A program made the translations under genes and the position numbers. A stretch of DNA of 60,771 nucleotides, the filler included. It is 6 parts of 6 records of this genome, joined end to end, with 100 filler letters (N's around TTAATTAATTAA, not from the genome) between each part and the next. Parts side by side here need not be neighbours in the genome. Positions count along the whole stretch, not along the records: positions 1 to 21,687 come from SRR31156797_27725; 5 more parts are not named here. One strand, given 5' to 3'. The notes under the pieces were generated by a model. It worked only from the letters and a program-made list of their open reading frames with translations, was not told the origin of the DNA and searched no databases. Positions 9,172 to 20,120 of this stretch are shown piece after piece (position 1 is the first letter of the stretch; every line of letters begins with the position of its first letter).

Positions 9172-10416
9172 ATGGAAACATACAACCAATACAGCAAAAC
9201 GCATATGCCACCTAGAATACATCATACTTTCAGTATCCTGCTTCTAATCTTCTGTGTTTTGCTACCTCATCATTTAGGAGCAGCTCAAAAGCAAGAGCAT
9301 GACCTACAAATTGATTTCACATTTGATACTCAAGCCATTACCGGTAAACAAGTAACTGGGTACCGATTATATAAAGATGGGATTCTAGCGTGTGTCTCAT
9401 CAAGCCCTGTTGACTCTCATATTTTTACATGCACCATCCTGAGTGAACCTGGTACATTCAACTTCACCATGTCGGCACTTTTTGACGATCAGAGTGAGAG
9501 TCCTGAATCGCCCCCCTTTTCTTATACAGTATCAGGAGATCTAAAACCTTTGGATGCTGTGATAAATGTAAGTGCATTACAGGGCTTTTCAGTCACCCTC
9601 GACGCCAGCAATTCCACCGGGCCTATTAATAATTTTCACTGGTCTTTTGGTGATGGCTCTTCAGCAGAAGGTGCTATAGTTCAACACACCTATCAGACTC
9701 CTGGTAACCATGCCGCAACTCTCACTATATCTGATACTAGCGGAAATAGTAGCCAAGCAAATAGAAATATAACGGTGAACGCGCCATCATCGTCAAACAA
9801 CGAACTTCCAACGGCAGTGATTTCTTCTTCAAGGGCAATTGGAGACGTACCATGTTCAGTTCAATTTTCGGGAAGTGATTCCACTGCAAGTAATCCACCT
9901 ATTCTATCATATGAATGGGATTTTGGGGATGGCAGCAGTGGGCAGGGAGCCAATATAGCCCATACGCTTACCGCGGCAGGTGCTTACAATATCACGTTAA
10001 CTGTAACTGACAGTGCAGGTCTTCGTGATTCAATCAGTACACCTGTTATAGTATCTACAGCAACCGGCAGCGATAGCGATAATGACAATCCCATTGCTGT
10101 TATTTCACCTTCTCGTATTTCAGGCAAAGCACCTTTTACGACCTCCTTCAGTGCTGAGAAATCACTCGATTCAGACGGTCATATTACCAACTATCTATGG
10201 CAATTTGGCGATGGAACAAGCGGGAGCGGTGTTTCTGTGCAGCATACCTTTACTCAACCAGCCAAATATACTGTAAATCTTATCGTGACCGACAATCTTG
10301 GAGTATCGTCTAGCACAACAACTGTTATTTCAGTCGTTTCAGAAGAAAAAAAGAGAGGAGCAGATATTTTACCAATACTCTATATGTTACTATTACCTCC
10401 TTCGACCGATCAGTAG
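9172..10416 (+). CDS. Exported PKD-domain protein (three PKD repeats)
   Basis: Three WxFGDG motifs, hydrophobic N-terminal segment and hydrophobic C-terminal tail. Confidence 0.9.
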   Translation: METYNQYSKTHMPPRIHHTFSILLLIFCVLLPHHLGAAQKQEHDLQIDFTFDTQAITGKQVTGYRLYKDGILACVSSSPVDSHIFTCTILSEPGTFNFTMSALFDDQSESPESPPFSYTVSGDLKPLDAVINVSALQGFSVTLDASNSTGPINNFHWSFGDGSSAEGAIVQHTYQTPGNHAATLTISDTSGNSSQANRNITVNAPSSSNNELPTAVISSSRAIGDVPCSVQFSGSDSTASNPPILSYEWDFGDGSSGQGANIAHTLTAAGAYNITLTVTDSAGLRDSISTPVIVSTATGSDSDNDNPIAVISPSRISGKAPFTTSFSAEKSLDSDGHITNYLWQFGDGTSGSGVSVQHTFTQPAKYTVNLIVTDNLGVSSSTTTVISVVSEEKKRGADILPILYMLLLPPSTDQ

Positions 10417-10880
10417 TTTTAAGAGCACATAACTCTAAAAACCTTGGTAGCTGAACGAAAGAAGTACCTCCTCTTGAGGGGCAATTGCAGGTTGAGTTTT
10501 TTTGCTACCATCTTGTAAAGTTCAATTTCTATTCCAGGCATTTTATCATCAAAGGTCGATTACCATTAAACACATTAAACTTATCAACGAATCTGAATTA
10601 TTTTTCTACAATTATCCAAGCCAACCAATAGAAAAATGAAATGACAAATCTACATCCTCCTCAAACTTGGCGGAGATTAACGTGGCAGAACTTTCCAGTA
10701 AAGCCGTTCATCATTGGTACTGTAGTTCCAATTTTCTGACAGTTTTCGATTATAAATGATCCCGGCATTTTGGACAAAGTTTCTGTATTATTGGGAGGGT
10801 GTTGTGAACTGGTTTTGTCAAGTTTTTTGGATGCAACGTTTTGGAATAACAATATTTTTCAGTTTTCTTTCAGTCGCTAA

Positions 10881-13160
10881 TTAGATAGCTAAAGCTTCTA
10901 GCCTCGCGTAAGCAGCAAGCAGCACCATTTCTCCATGGTCATCAAAGAGCACGGTGAGGCGCCCCTGCTTCTTGTCCGTGATCGCAGTGACAGTCCCGGC
11001 GCCAAAGGTGGGATGGAAGACCATCAGGCCTTCACAGATATCTAATATCGTAAGAAATTTGGGCTGCTCTGTGGGGGAACTGGTTGTTGCCTTTTTTTGA
11101 ATTAGTTTCGTTTTGACTCCAAGAGCCTGAAGGTAACTCTCAGCCATAAGCACTTCATCGGCTGCAAGGTTCTTACCTTTAGATTTTTTAGACAATGAGC
11201 TGCCAAGGGCCCTTGAAAGACCAATATTTGCTTCATACAAGAACCTACTGGCCCGAAGAGTCCCGGTAGGTAGTTTACTAAAATTCTGTGTTATGTTTCG
11301 TTTCAGTTTCGCGTCCGTGGGATGAATGCATGCGACCTTTTCTATCCCCCGGGTTAGAGCCACGTAAAACAGCCGCCGCTCATCCTCAAGGCTGCCATCT
11401 TGTTCCCGCTCCTTATAAAATGGAAAACTATCATTTTCAAGCCCTGGCAGAATGACGAGAGGCCACTCTAGCCCTTTTGCTCTGTGGATGGAAGTAAGGA
11501 GAAGAGTTTCTTCATGTAAACCATTTGTTTCCTGCTGCAACTCATTTACCTTATCAATCAAACCTACCATTGTCAGATTATGAATGGTGGCAAAATTGAT
11601 AAAGGCTTTGCAGGTTTTTACTCTGTTTTCGGCAGTTGCAGCGCGGGCGGAAAAAGAGTGATAAAACTCATATAGTTTGAGCTTCTCCACAAGTTTATTA
11701 AGAAAAGGTCCTGCCATCCCTGACCGACCGTGGATTTGGAGCCATCTCCAGGTTTCAGCAGCCTCACGAAACCGCTTCTTTATAAATGGTGGAACCTCGC
11801 CGTTACACCATTCATTGAGTACTTCTCCACCCTTGTTAAGATCCTGGCTGATGGTAGTCGCAAGAGTCGTAATTTCTTCTCTACGAACCCCAAGATGTGG
11901 CTGGGAAAACATCGCTTCCAATTGCTTCTGGCGATTTTCGGAAGGATCGTCAGCAAGGACTCCAAGCCCTAGCTTGAGGTACCCCATTAAGGCAGTAATT
12001 TCTTTACAGTCAAATACATCGGCACCGCCCTCAAGGCGATAAGCAATACCTGCCTCCAGTAGAGCAAGCTCCACCGGAACCGTCTGTGCAAATAGGCGGA
12101 CAAGAACCGCTGCTTCCGTGAGGGATCTGCCGGCAGCCTTCCAGGCAACAATCTCCTGCAACACACCTTTTCCACTTTCCTCCTCAATGCAGGAAAGTTC
12201 CGTATGGCTAGTTGATTCGTGGGAAACGCATATCTTTTTGTCACGCTTCCTATTGTTTGCGATCAAGTGATTGGCAGCAAGCGAGACCTGGTGACCATAG
12301 CGAAAGGTATAAGAAAGCTGGTAATTCGTAGGGTTTGTAAAGTCCTTTGCAAACTGTTTCGTTATATATTCCGGCTGGGCCCCTCTCCACTCATAAATAC
12401 ACTGGTCGACATCGCCTACAACCATAACCTTCGCCCGCGTTCCCGCTACGGTCTTAATGAGTTGCTGCTGGCATTCATTAATATCCTGATATTCATCAAT
12501 AATGATATGCTCGACCCTATTGGTTACCCATCTCGAGAGGTCATCGCTACCAAGCATTGCCATCAATGGCTCATATATTAGATCCGAGAAGAAGCGGATT
12601 CGCTCTTTTTTTCTGGCCGCCTCAAATTTTCGAAATGCTTCAGGAAAAAAATGCAGACGGGAAGAAAAGTCGAGTTCACGAAAAATATTTTGAGGCCCTC
12701 GAACTGTAGACTTTACCAGGTCAACGAAATTGAGAAACTCTCCAATCTCGTCTCCCATGAGAAAACCATCCTCTTCTCCTGAATCACGGTAGGCTTCGTT
12801 TGCTACTTTTCTGGCAATTTTTTCCTGAATGTAGTCTTCGGTTACAAGTCGGTATTGGGGCAAGGCGCCCTTTTGGGAGAAACTCTTTACCAGGCGCAAG
12901 CCAAAGGAATGGAAGGTACGAACTTCTGGTAGAGGTTTATTCAGGTGAGAAAGGTGTTTTTCCATCGCCTCTTGAAAGGCATCACGGGCAGAACGGTTAA
13001 ACATCAGGATCAGGATGTTTTCGGCCACAGCACCAGACTTCAGTAGATGACCAAGCCTTGCCACCATTGTAGTGGTTTTACCAGAACCTGCAACTGCGCT
13101 AACACGGGCATGCCCGCCGCTATGTTCTACTATACGTAATTGTTCGCTGGTCAGGTTCAT
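10881..13160 (-). CDS. UvrD/Rep/PcrA family SF1 helicase
   Basis: AVAGSGKT, IDEYQD, VGDVDQCIYEWRGA, SIHRAKGLEW, ERRLFYVALTR; C-terminal Tudor-like HPTFGAG. Confidence 0.95.
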   Translation of the reverse strand: MNLTSEQLRIVEHSGGHARVSAVAGSGKTTTMVARLGHLLKSGAVAENILILMFNRSARDAFQEAMEKHLSHLNKPLPEVRTFHSFGLRLVKSFSQKGALPQYRLVTEDYIQEKIARKVANEAYRDSGEEDGFLMGDEIGEFLNFVDLVKSTVRGPQNIFRELDFSSRLHFFPEAFRKFEAARKKERIRFFSDLIYEPLMAMLGSDDLSRWVTNRVEHIIIDEYQDINECQQQLIKTVAGTRAKVMVVGDVDQCIYEWRGAQPEYITKQFAKDFTNPTNYQLSYTFRYGHQVSLAANHLIANNRKRDKKICVSHESTSHTELSCIEEESGKGVLQEIVAWKAAGRSLTEAAVLVRLFAQTVPVELALLEAGIAYRLEGGADVFDCKEITALMGYLKLGLGVLADDPSENRQKQLEAMFSQPHLGVRREEITTLATTISQDLNKGGEVLNEWCNGEVPPFIKKRFREAAETWRWLQIHGRSGMAGPFLNKLVEKLKLYEFYHSFSARAATAENRVKTCKAFINFATIHNLTMVGLIDKVNELQQETNGLHEETLLLTSIHRAKGLEWPLVILPGLENDSFPFYKEREQDGSLEDERRLFYVALTRGIEKVACIHPTDAKLKRNITQNFSKLPTGTLRASRFLYEANIGLSRALGSSLSKKSKGKNLAADEVLMAESYLQALGVKTKLIQKKATTSSPTEQPKFLTILDICEGLMVFHPTFGAGTVTAITDKKQGRLTVLFDDHGEMVLLAAYARLEALAI

Positions 13161-13665
13161 TAGAGTCTAGCCTGGATATGATATAATAAATAGGTGCAGA
13201 TTTGTTGTGAGGCAGGGCAAGGCTGAATATTTCAGCGGGTGTATGTAAATCTGGTCAAAGTGAAATCAAACATACTACACATAGGTTGTCTGGCGATCTA
13301 GTTTATTTTTCCACAAAGACAGGTATGAGGTATTGAAAATTACAATTTGATCATTGCTTCCTCCGCCTGGCAGGCTTAGCTCGACCACCTGTAGGCTCAA
13401 GGGACTGAGACCATACCAGCAGGCAGAGGATTCAATTCAATAAAACGTCAACACGTTGCCAGATATTCTGCTGGTGAGATGATGCTGAATTTAAAACGCC
13501 CTTACCTGAGACTGCCGGATAACCCTTTCAGTTACGACTGGCCATAGATCCTTGTATTGGCTACCTGTTTTTCACTTTTATCTTTCCTCTTTGTCGACAT
13601 TTATTTTATTTCGAGTTAGAGAATAATGAGTAGTGTAGAGCAATCAAAAACGAAAGGGGTGGTGT

Positions 13666-14724
13666 ATGAAAAAACTGATTAATGATGTTGATAATGTGGT
13701 CAGGGAGCAGCTGGAAGGTATGGCGTTGGCCCATCCGGAATTGACAGTAAAATATGAACCCTATTATGTATACAGGGCGGATGCACCTGTGAAAGGCAAG
13801 GTTGCCATTATCTCTGGCGGCGGTTCCGGACATGAGCCGATGCATGGTGGTTTTGTTGGTCCGGGAATGCTTGACGGGGCATGTCCTGGAGAGGTCTTTA
13901 CCTCCCCAACTCCTGATCAGATGTATGAGTGTGCAAAAGCTGTAGACAGTGGTGACGGAGTGTTGTTTCTGGTGAAAAACTATACCGGAGATGTAATGAA
14001 CTTTGAAACTGCTGCAGAGCTCGTCGCAGCAGAAGGAATCAACGTACAGAATATATTAGTAGATGATGATGTTGCAGTGAAAGATAGCTCATATACTGCT
14101 GGGCGTCGCGGTGTAGGTACCACTGTACTTATGGAAAAAATAGTTGGTGCTGCAGCAGATGCCGGATACAACCTTGAGCAATGTGCTGATCTTGCTCGCA
14201 AAATAAACCAGTATGGGCGTTCTTTTGGCGTTGCCTTGAGCTCATGTACTGTTCCTGCAGCTGGTAAGCCTACCTTTGAGCTGGCTGAAAATGAAGTGGA
14301 AATGGGGATAGGGATCCATGGCGAACCAGGTACCCATCGTATGGAAATTCAATCCATCGATGAGATGACCAAGTATGCTGCTGAAAATATCATTGATGAT
14401 CCTGCATATACCCGTACTGTGCGCGAGTGGGATGGTGAGCAATGGGTGGATAAGGAGCTTACTGATACGCCTTTTGCAGAAGGAGACAAGGTCATCGCTT
14501 TTGTCAACAGTATGGGCGGTACTCCTCTTTCAGAATTGTATGCTGTGTACAGGAAGTTAGACGAGGTGTGCAAAGCAAAAGGTGTAATCATTGCGCGTAA
14601 TCTGATCGGGCCTTACATCACCTCCCTTGAAATGCAGGGCTTTTCCATTACTCTGCTCAAGGTAGATGAAGAAATGCTGAAATTCTGGGATGCACCGGTG
14701 AAAACACCTGGACTCACCTGGTAA
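13666..14724 (+). CDS. dhaK: PEP-dependent dihydroxyacetone kinase subunit K
   Basis: MKKLIND, GGGSGHEP, KNYTGD, GIGIHGEPG. Confidence 0.97.
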   Translation: MKKLINDVDNVVREQLEGMALAHPELTVKYEPYYVYRADAPVKGKVAIISGGGSGHEPMHGGFVGPGMLDGACPGEVFTSPTPDQMYECAKAVDSGDGVLFLVKNYTGDVMNFETAAELVAAEGINVQNILVDDDVAVKDSSYTAGRRGVGTTVLMEKIVGAAADAGYNLEQCADLARKINQYGRSFGVALSSCTVPAAGKPTFELAENEVEMGIGIHGEPGTHRMEIQSIDEMTKYAAENIIDDPAYTRTVREWDGEQWVDKELTDTPFAEGDKVIAFVNSMGGTPLSELYAVYRKLDEVCKAKGVIIARNLIGPYITSLEMQGFSITLLKVDEEMLKFWDAPVKTPGLTW

Positions 14725-14742
14725 TCACACAGCGAGGATACT

Positions 14743-15369
14743 ATGTCCATGGATAAATCCCAGCTGATTGCCTGGTTGGAAAAATTGAATACAGTGTATA
14801 CGGATAAGAAAGAGTATCTCACTGAGCTTGATGCAGCCATCGGTGATGCTGACCACGGTATCAATATGAATCGTGGTTTTAAGAAAGTAATGGAAAAGCT
14901 CCCTGTAGTACAAGAAAAAGATATTGGAACCATTTTAAAGACCGTCGGTATGACTCTGATGTCGAGTGTGGGAGGTGCCAGTGGGCCGCTGTATGGTACT
15001 TTTTGGATGAAAGGCGGCATGTTGTTGGCCGATAAGGAAGAGCTGGAGACCGATGACTTTCTTCGGTTTATAAAAGCTGGTGTGGAGGGTATTCTGACCC
15101 GTGGCAGGCCTGAAAAAGGGGACAAAACCATGTATGATCTATGGGCACCTGTACTCGAAAAAATGGAGGCCGAGGCTGCTGCAGGTAGTGAGCTTACTTC
15201 CATGATTGAGACTATTCTGCCTGTTGCTGAAAAGGCCTTGGCCGATACCATTCCTCTTCAGGCGAGAAAGGGGAGGGCCAGTTATCTTGGTGAGCGAAGC
15301 ATCGGGCATCAGGATCCAGGAGCGACCTCCTCCTTTTATATGCTGGAGACGTTGCAGCAGGTATTGTAG
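14743..15369 (+). CDS. dhaL: Dihydroxyacetone kinase subunit L
   Basis: LDAAIGDADHG, GGASGPLYG, KGRASYLGERSIGHQDPGA. Confidence 0.97.
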   Translation: MSMDKSQLIAWLEKLNTVYTDKKEYLTELDAAIGDADHGINMNRGFKKVMEKLPVVQEKDIGTILKTVGMTLMSSVGGASGPLYGTFWMKGGMLLADKEELETDDFLRFIKAGVEGILTRGRPEKGDKTMYDLWAPVLEKMEAEAAAGSELTSMIETILPVAEKALADTIPLQARKGRASYLGERSIGHQDPGATSSFYMLETLQQVL

Positions 15370-15397
15370 TCCGCTGCATATGCAATAGAAAGTATTC

Positions 15398-15431
15398 ACG
15401 CTCCGAAAGGTCACTTTCGGAGCGTTTTTTT
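15398..15431 (+). terminator. Terminator-like hairpin between dhaL and dhaM
   Basis: acgctccgaaag...ctttcggagcgt followed by a T run. Confidence 0.7.
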
Positions 15432-15452
15432 ATCCAGACAAGGTGTGATTCA

Positions 15453-17951
15453 ATGATAGGCATTGTGGTAGTTTCCCATAGTCAAAAACTTGCTGAAGGT
15501 GTTCTTGAACTGGCTTCCCAAATGACTCAAGGCAGAGTTGTTATGGTGGCTGTTGGCGGTATTGATGATCCTGAAAATCCTATCGGGACTGATCCTATGC
15601 AGGTGATGAGCGCCATTGAAGCTGTTGCAGGGCAAGCAGAAGACGGCGTGTTGGTAATTATGGATCTAGGCAGCGCACTGATGAGTGCTGAAACTGCTCT
15701 TGAATTTCTTCCCGATGAGGTTTGCGAAAAGGTAATGCTCTGTTCCGCACCCATTGTTGAAGGAACCGTCGCTGCAGCTGTACAGGCTTCTGTGGGGGCT
15801 TCGCTTCAGGAAGCAAGTACAGAAGCAGGGAATGCTCTACAGGTAAAAATTCAGCAGTTAGCTCCCGTCACGGGTGAGACTATTCAGCCGTCAGTTCACG
15901 AGCTGGAGCAGAGTCCGGTAGACGGGGATGCTCTTGAGCTTGAGCTGGTCATCCACAACAAGCTTGGCTTGCATGCGAGGCCTGCGGCAAATCTAGTTGC
16001 AACGGCAGGAACCTATACAAGCAGTATCCAGGTTCGTAAGGGGGGAGAGGTCGCATCAGCCAAAAGTATAAATCAGGTGGCCCTGCTTTCTGTCAAACAG
16101 GGGGATACTATAACCTTGACGGCATCAGGAGTTGATGCGGATGCAGCCCTTGCAGCACTTAAGACGCTTCATGAAGACCATTTCGGTGAAAGTGATGACG
16201 ATGTGTGCATCGTTCCAGCAACAGTAGATAAAGCACCTGAAGAGATAGCAGGCGATGACACTTTTAAAGGAATTGCTGGGTCGGACGGGTATGCTCTGGG
16301 AAAGGTTCTATCGTATGAGACAACGCTTCCTGAGGTTAAGTGTCGGAGCGTAAATGATGTGGAACAAGAGTTGGTTAAGCTTGAAAATGCCTTGGGAAAA
16401 GCGATAGCAGATATCAAGGAACTGGAACGACAAGCTGAAAGGGCATCAGGAAAAAGCAGCAGTGAAATATTTAAGGCCCATGCTCTTATCTTAGAAGACC
16501 GAGATTTGTACGATAAAGCTGCTGCAAGTATCAGAGGAGACCGGCTATCATCTGAGTATGCCTGGCACAGTGTTATTTTAGATACCGCAGAAGCTTATCG
16601 AAATCTTGACAGTGAGTATATGCGGGCCAGGGCAGCTGATGTAATTGACTGTGGCACCAGGGTGGTGCACCTCCTCTTAGGAGAAGTAAAAGCAGGATTG
16701 CAACTGAAGCAACCTGCGGTTGTTGTTGCTTATGACTTGGCTCCTTCTGATGTGGTCGGCCTTGATCCAGAGTTGGTTTTGGGTATTGTTACAGAACTTG
16801 GCACAGTTACCTCCCATGCCGCAATTATATGCAGGTCGCTGGGTATACCTACTGCGATGGGAGTCCCGTTTGCTTTAGCAAGTAAGGCAGAACGCATAGG
16901 GTTGGACGGGTACACCGGTACTGTTTGGATGGACCCTGCTCAGCAGTTGAGTGAGGAGATCAATGCTAATCGAGCTGCCTGGCTGGATGCACGTGAGCAG
17001 GCAAAGAGTAAAGCAAAGCAGCCCGCCGTGACCAAAGACGGCACGAATGTGCCGGTAATGGTTAATATCGGGGTACCTGCTGACGCCGCAGGGGGGGGTG
17101 AGTTTGGAGCACAAGGAGTGGGATTGTTCCGAACAGAGTTTCTTTTTCAGGATCGTGAGCAGGCCCCTGACGAGGAGGAGCAAACTGCAGCGTATGTCGA
17201 GGCCGCCAAGAGTATGCACGGGTTACCGGTCATCATCAGGACTCTTGACATCGGTGGGGATAAACCTGTTGTATACCTTTCAACTAAGGAAGAGGAAAAC
17301 CCGTTTCTTGGTGAGCGCGGTGTACGTTTTTGCATGGCACGCCCTCACCTTTTTCGCACCCAGCTGCGTGCATTGCTGCGGGCGGCAGCAGATGAAAATA
17401 TTTGGATCATGTATCCCATGATTTCTTCAGTTGAAGAGTTTAAAGCGGTGCTAGCTCTGCAGAAAGAAGTGAATGATGAGTTATTTCAGGAAGGGATGAT
17501 TGGGGCCAAGCAGGTGAAAACGGGCATCATGATAGAGGTGCCTTCAGCCGTAGCCGTTGCTGATAAACTCGCAAATATTGCTGATTTTTTTAGTATTGGC
17601 ACCAATGACTTGACGCAATATGTCATGGCTGCTGATCGTGGTAATATTGCAGTTGCAAAATTGTGTGATAGTCTTGATCCTGCGGTGTTGAGGATGATTA
17701 AACAAACCTGCGATGCCGCACATCAAAAAGGAATTGAGGTTGGAATGTGTGGTGAACTGGCAGCTAAGAGTTTTGCTGTACCGTTGCTGCTTGGCCTTGG
17801 GTTGGATGAACTGAGCATGAGCGGGCCAGCAATCCCTGAGGTAAAACAGGCAATACGTAAGGTAACCTTGGGTGAGTGTGCAAGTTTGGCAGCACAGGCG
17901 CTGGCTGCCGACTCGGCAGCGGAGGTGCGTCATTTAATAGGTATTTCATGA
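15453..17951 (+). CDS. dhaM: DhaM-HPr-Enzyme I multiphosphoryl transfer protein
   Basis: MIGIVVVSHS/MDLGSA (EIIA-Dha), GLHARPA (HPr), TSHAAI, GLFRTEF, FSIGTNDLTQY, GMCGELA (full EI). Confidence 0.93.
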   Translation: MIGIVVVSHSQKLAEGVLELASQMTQGRVVMVAVGGIDDPENPIGTDPMQVMSAIEAVAGQAEDGVLVIMDLGSALMSAETALEFLPDEVCEKVMLCSAPIVEGTVAAAVQASVGASLQEASTEAGNALQVKIQQLAPVTGETIQPSVHELEQSPVDGDALELELVIHNKLGLHARPAANLVATAGTYTSSIQVRKGGEVASAKSINQVALLSVKQGDTITLTASGVDADAALAALKTLHEDHFGESDDDVCIVPATVDKAPEEIAGDDTFKGIAGSDGYALGKVLSYETTLPEVKCRSVNDVEQELVKLENALGKAIADIKELERQAERASGKSSSEIFKAHALILEDRDLYDKAAASIRGDRLSSEYAWHSVILDTAEAYRNLDSEYMRARAADVIDCGTRVVHLLLGEVKAGLQLKQPAVVVAYDLAPSDVVGLDPELVLGIVTELGTVTSHAAIICRSLGIPTAMGVPFALASKAERIGLDGYTGTVWMDPAQQLSEEINANRAAWLDAREQAKSKAKQPAVTKDGTNVPVMVNIGVPADAAGGGEFGAQGVGLFRTEFLFQDREQAPDEEEQTAAYVEAAKSMHGLPVIIRTLDIGGDKPVVYLSTKEEENPFLGERGVRFCMARPHLFRTQLRALLRAAADENIWIMYPMISSVEEFKAVLALQKEVNDELFQEGMIGAKQVKTGIMIEVPSAVAVADKLANIADFFSIGTNDLTQYVMAADRGNIAVAKLCDSLDPAVLRMIKQTCDAAHQKGIEVGMCGELAAKSFAVPLLLGLGLDELSMSGPAIPEVKQAIRKVTLGECASLAAQALAADSAAEVRHLIGIS

Positions 17952-18126
17952 TCGTTTTTAGGTGATCTTGATTGAATACCTAATTTATCAAGGTACTCTT
18001 GTGAGAGTATTTATGCAGCTTGAGAGATAATATTCAAATGCTGTTTCTTTCGCAAAAATCCCTTACGCTTCATCGTCAATCTCAACCTTTCCTGCTGCGC
18101 AAAAGAAGTATGTTAAAAGGGTAATT

Positions 18127-18501
18127 TCAAGAGGCTGTCCACTTTCTTATTTTCTTCATGCTCTCAGAAACCATAAAGTACCAATTCGTTAATCGGCTAT
18201 GATAGTTATGAGTATAATTTTCAAAGAGGCGGAGGGTTTGTTTATCCTTTGCAAGCAGTGCCAGCTTTAAGCCTATTACCCGTGAAGAAGCAATATGGTC
18301 TTGCATGGATAAAATGCCTACATCACAATCGGTTATTAGTGACTCCGATATTCCTGATGCATCCCAAATTACGTAGTTAATACTTTCGACCCTTGGGTTT
18401 TCGTAAAGTTCGCAATTAGCGTTTTTATTCACTTCACAATCAAATATTCCTGTGAATTGAATCACTACACCATTTTCTTCCCAGATGATTTTGTATGGCA
18501 T
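18127..18501 (-). CDS. Hypothetical protein
   Basis: 124-aa ORF (MPYKIIWEENG) behind GGAGG RBS. Confidence 0.7.
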   Translation of the reverse strand: MPYKIIWEENGVVIQFTGIFDCEVNKNANCELYENPRVESINYVIWDASGISESLITDCDVGILSMQDHIASSRVIGLKLALLAKDKQTLRLFENYTHNYHSRLTNWYFMVSESMKKIRKWTAS

Positions 18502-18701
18502 GTTCCCTCCTTGCAAGTTTCTAATCAGATATCATATGCATTTCGTGCGCTACCTAACAACTGGTTATTTTCTGCATACAATCATTGTAACTCCAGTGGC
18601 ATTAACTTTTACACTGTTTTTATTATGGGAGGAGAACCGGTGGACAACTATGCTTTCATGGTAAAAAAGGGAGTTGCTGGGGCTCTGTAAATGGTTATAG
18701 A

Positions 18702-19367
18702 TCATGTTTTGCTTAAGTATTTGTTTTTCAAAATATAGATACTCACTAAGAATACCCAGCATGGAAATATAAAGCGAATTTCAGCTATTTTAGCTGCCAA
18801 GAAAATAAAGGAAATTGCAATAACATAGGTGGGGAATATTATGAAGCGAGGCATTATATTCGCCATGCGCCATATTGTTGCAATTGATAACATGTATACA
18901 CCAATTATACGCAGGGTGTAGTCGGCAAGAATCTCTTTCATGAAAGAATGGCCAAAAATAAATACAATAGTGCTATTAGGCATTACTTCTTCAACAGTTA
19001 AAGACGTCTTAAGTAATGCCCCAAAAGCTGCACCCCAAACGAAAAAAAGGGCCACAATTAGTATCGCACTCCCAATGAAAGCGGTTGAAAAGAAACGATC
19101 TTCCTGATCATCCAACCAGTCACGGAGAACAGCCGTAAACCATAAAAATGATATGCCAATGAACGGTACCAAGTTCAAGAAAAACGATGCTCTATTAGAG
19201 TTTCTCTCTAGCCACTCTTTATTGATAATGCCAGCATCTCCAGTTACAGTGCCCTGGAAGAATAACATAACTGTTATTATCAGAATGGAGAAAATGATAC
19301 CATTAATAGCCGCAGCACGTGGTGATCTAACTTTGGCAAGAGTACGTTCAATTTTTGTTGTTGGCAT
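18702..19367 (-). CDS. Hypothetical multi-pass membrane protein
   Basis: 221-aa ORF with about six hydrophobic segments. Confidence 0.75.
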   Translation of the reverse strand: MPTTKIERTLAKVRSPRAAAINGIIFSILIITVMLFFQGTVTGDAGIINKEWLERNSNRASFFLNLVPFIGISFLWFTAVLRDWLDDQEDRFFSTAFIGSAILIVALFFVWGAAFGALLKTSLTVEEVMPNSTIVFIFGHSFMKEILADYTLRIIGVYMLSIATIWRMANIMPRFIIFPTYVIAISFIFLAAKIAEIRFIFPCWVFLVSIYILKNKYLSKT

Positions 19368-19783
19368 TTTATTTAGGGCTTTATATTCTTAGTTTATTAT
19401 CGCTTTGTAGAATGTTTAACAAAGAAGTACTCTTTCTCGTACTGGTAAATTACCAAGAAGCACTTTTTTTATAGACAACCAGCATGTTTTCCGTGACGCA
19501 CACCTTAAAAAAAAACTAAAAGTGACCGGCTGAGGCTGTTTGGAGGTTACCTGAACTATGAATGGCTCCTCAACCACGGTACGAACTTTTACATAAGATT
19601 CATTATTTATCATATCCTTCTTTTTTTAGTCCTGGGTTTGCATTGCCAATCCGTGGCAGTTGCCACGCTCTTCTCTTTCATGCAATTTCCTTATTTGCTA
19701 CAAATTTCCTGCACAATGTACCTGTATGTTTTCCTGCAACATAACAACAAAGTTCGGTTGATTGACCGGAAAGGAGATTTGAA

Positions 19784-20050
19784 ATGATACTGCAAAAAGT
19801 AAAAAGTCTTGTGATCATAATGACTTTATCAGCTGTTCTCCCTGCAACAGGTTGCACAGCAGGTAATAAGCAGCGACCACAGGGGCCGCCACCAGAGGCT
19901 ATCGCAGCATGTAAGGATAAAGCTGTCGGAGACACTGTTCAATTTTCTGGAAGAAGGGGGGAGACAGTAGAAGCAACCTGTCAGGAAATTGAAGGCCAGA
20001 TTGTGGCTGTGCCTGAAGGTATGGAAGGCGGACGACCTCCCAAAGAATAA
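19784..20050 (+). CDS. Small exported/lipoprotein, Pro/Gly-rich
   Basis: Signal with ATGC lipobox-like site; GPPPEAIAAC...ATC motif; GGAG RBS. Confidence 0.75.
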   Translation: MILQKVKSLVIIMTLSAVLPATGCTAGNKQRPQGPPPEAIAACKDKAVGDTVQFSGRRGETVEATCQEIEGQIVAVPEGMEGGRPPKE

Positions 20051-20120
20051 CAAAAACAGTTGCTGATACCGTGTCTCATTATTTTGGTGCCGGTATCAGC
20101 AAAACACGCGAGATCTGTCA

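Noticed and set aside
13330-13560. GC-richer stretch upstream of dhaK, considered as a riboswitch or sRNA
   Set aside because: No riboswitch consensus or convincing terminator recognised; it may be a gene remnant but I cannot support that.
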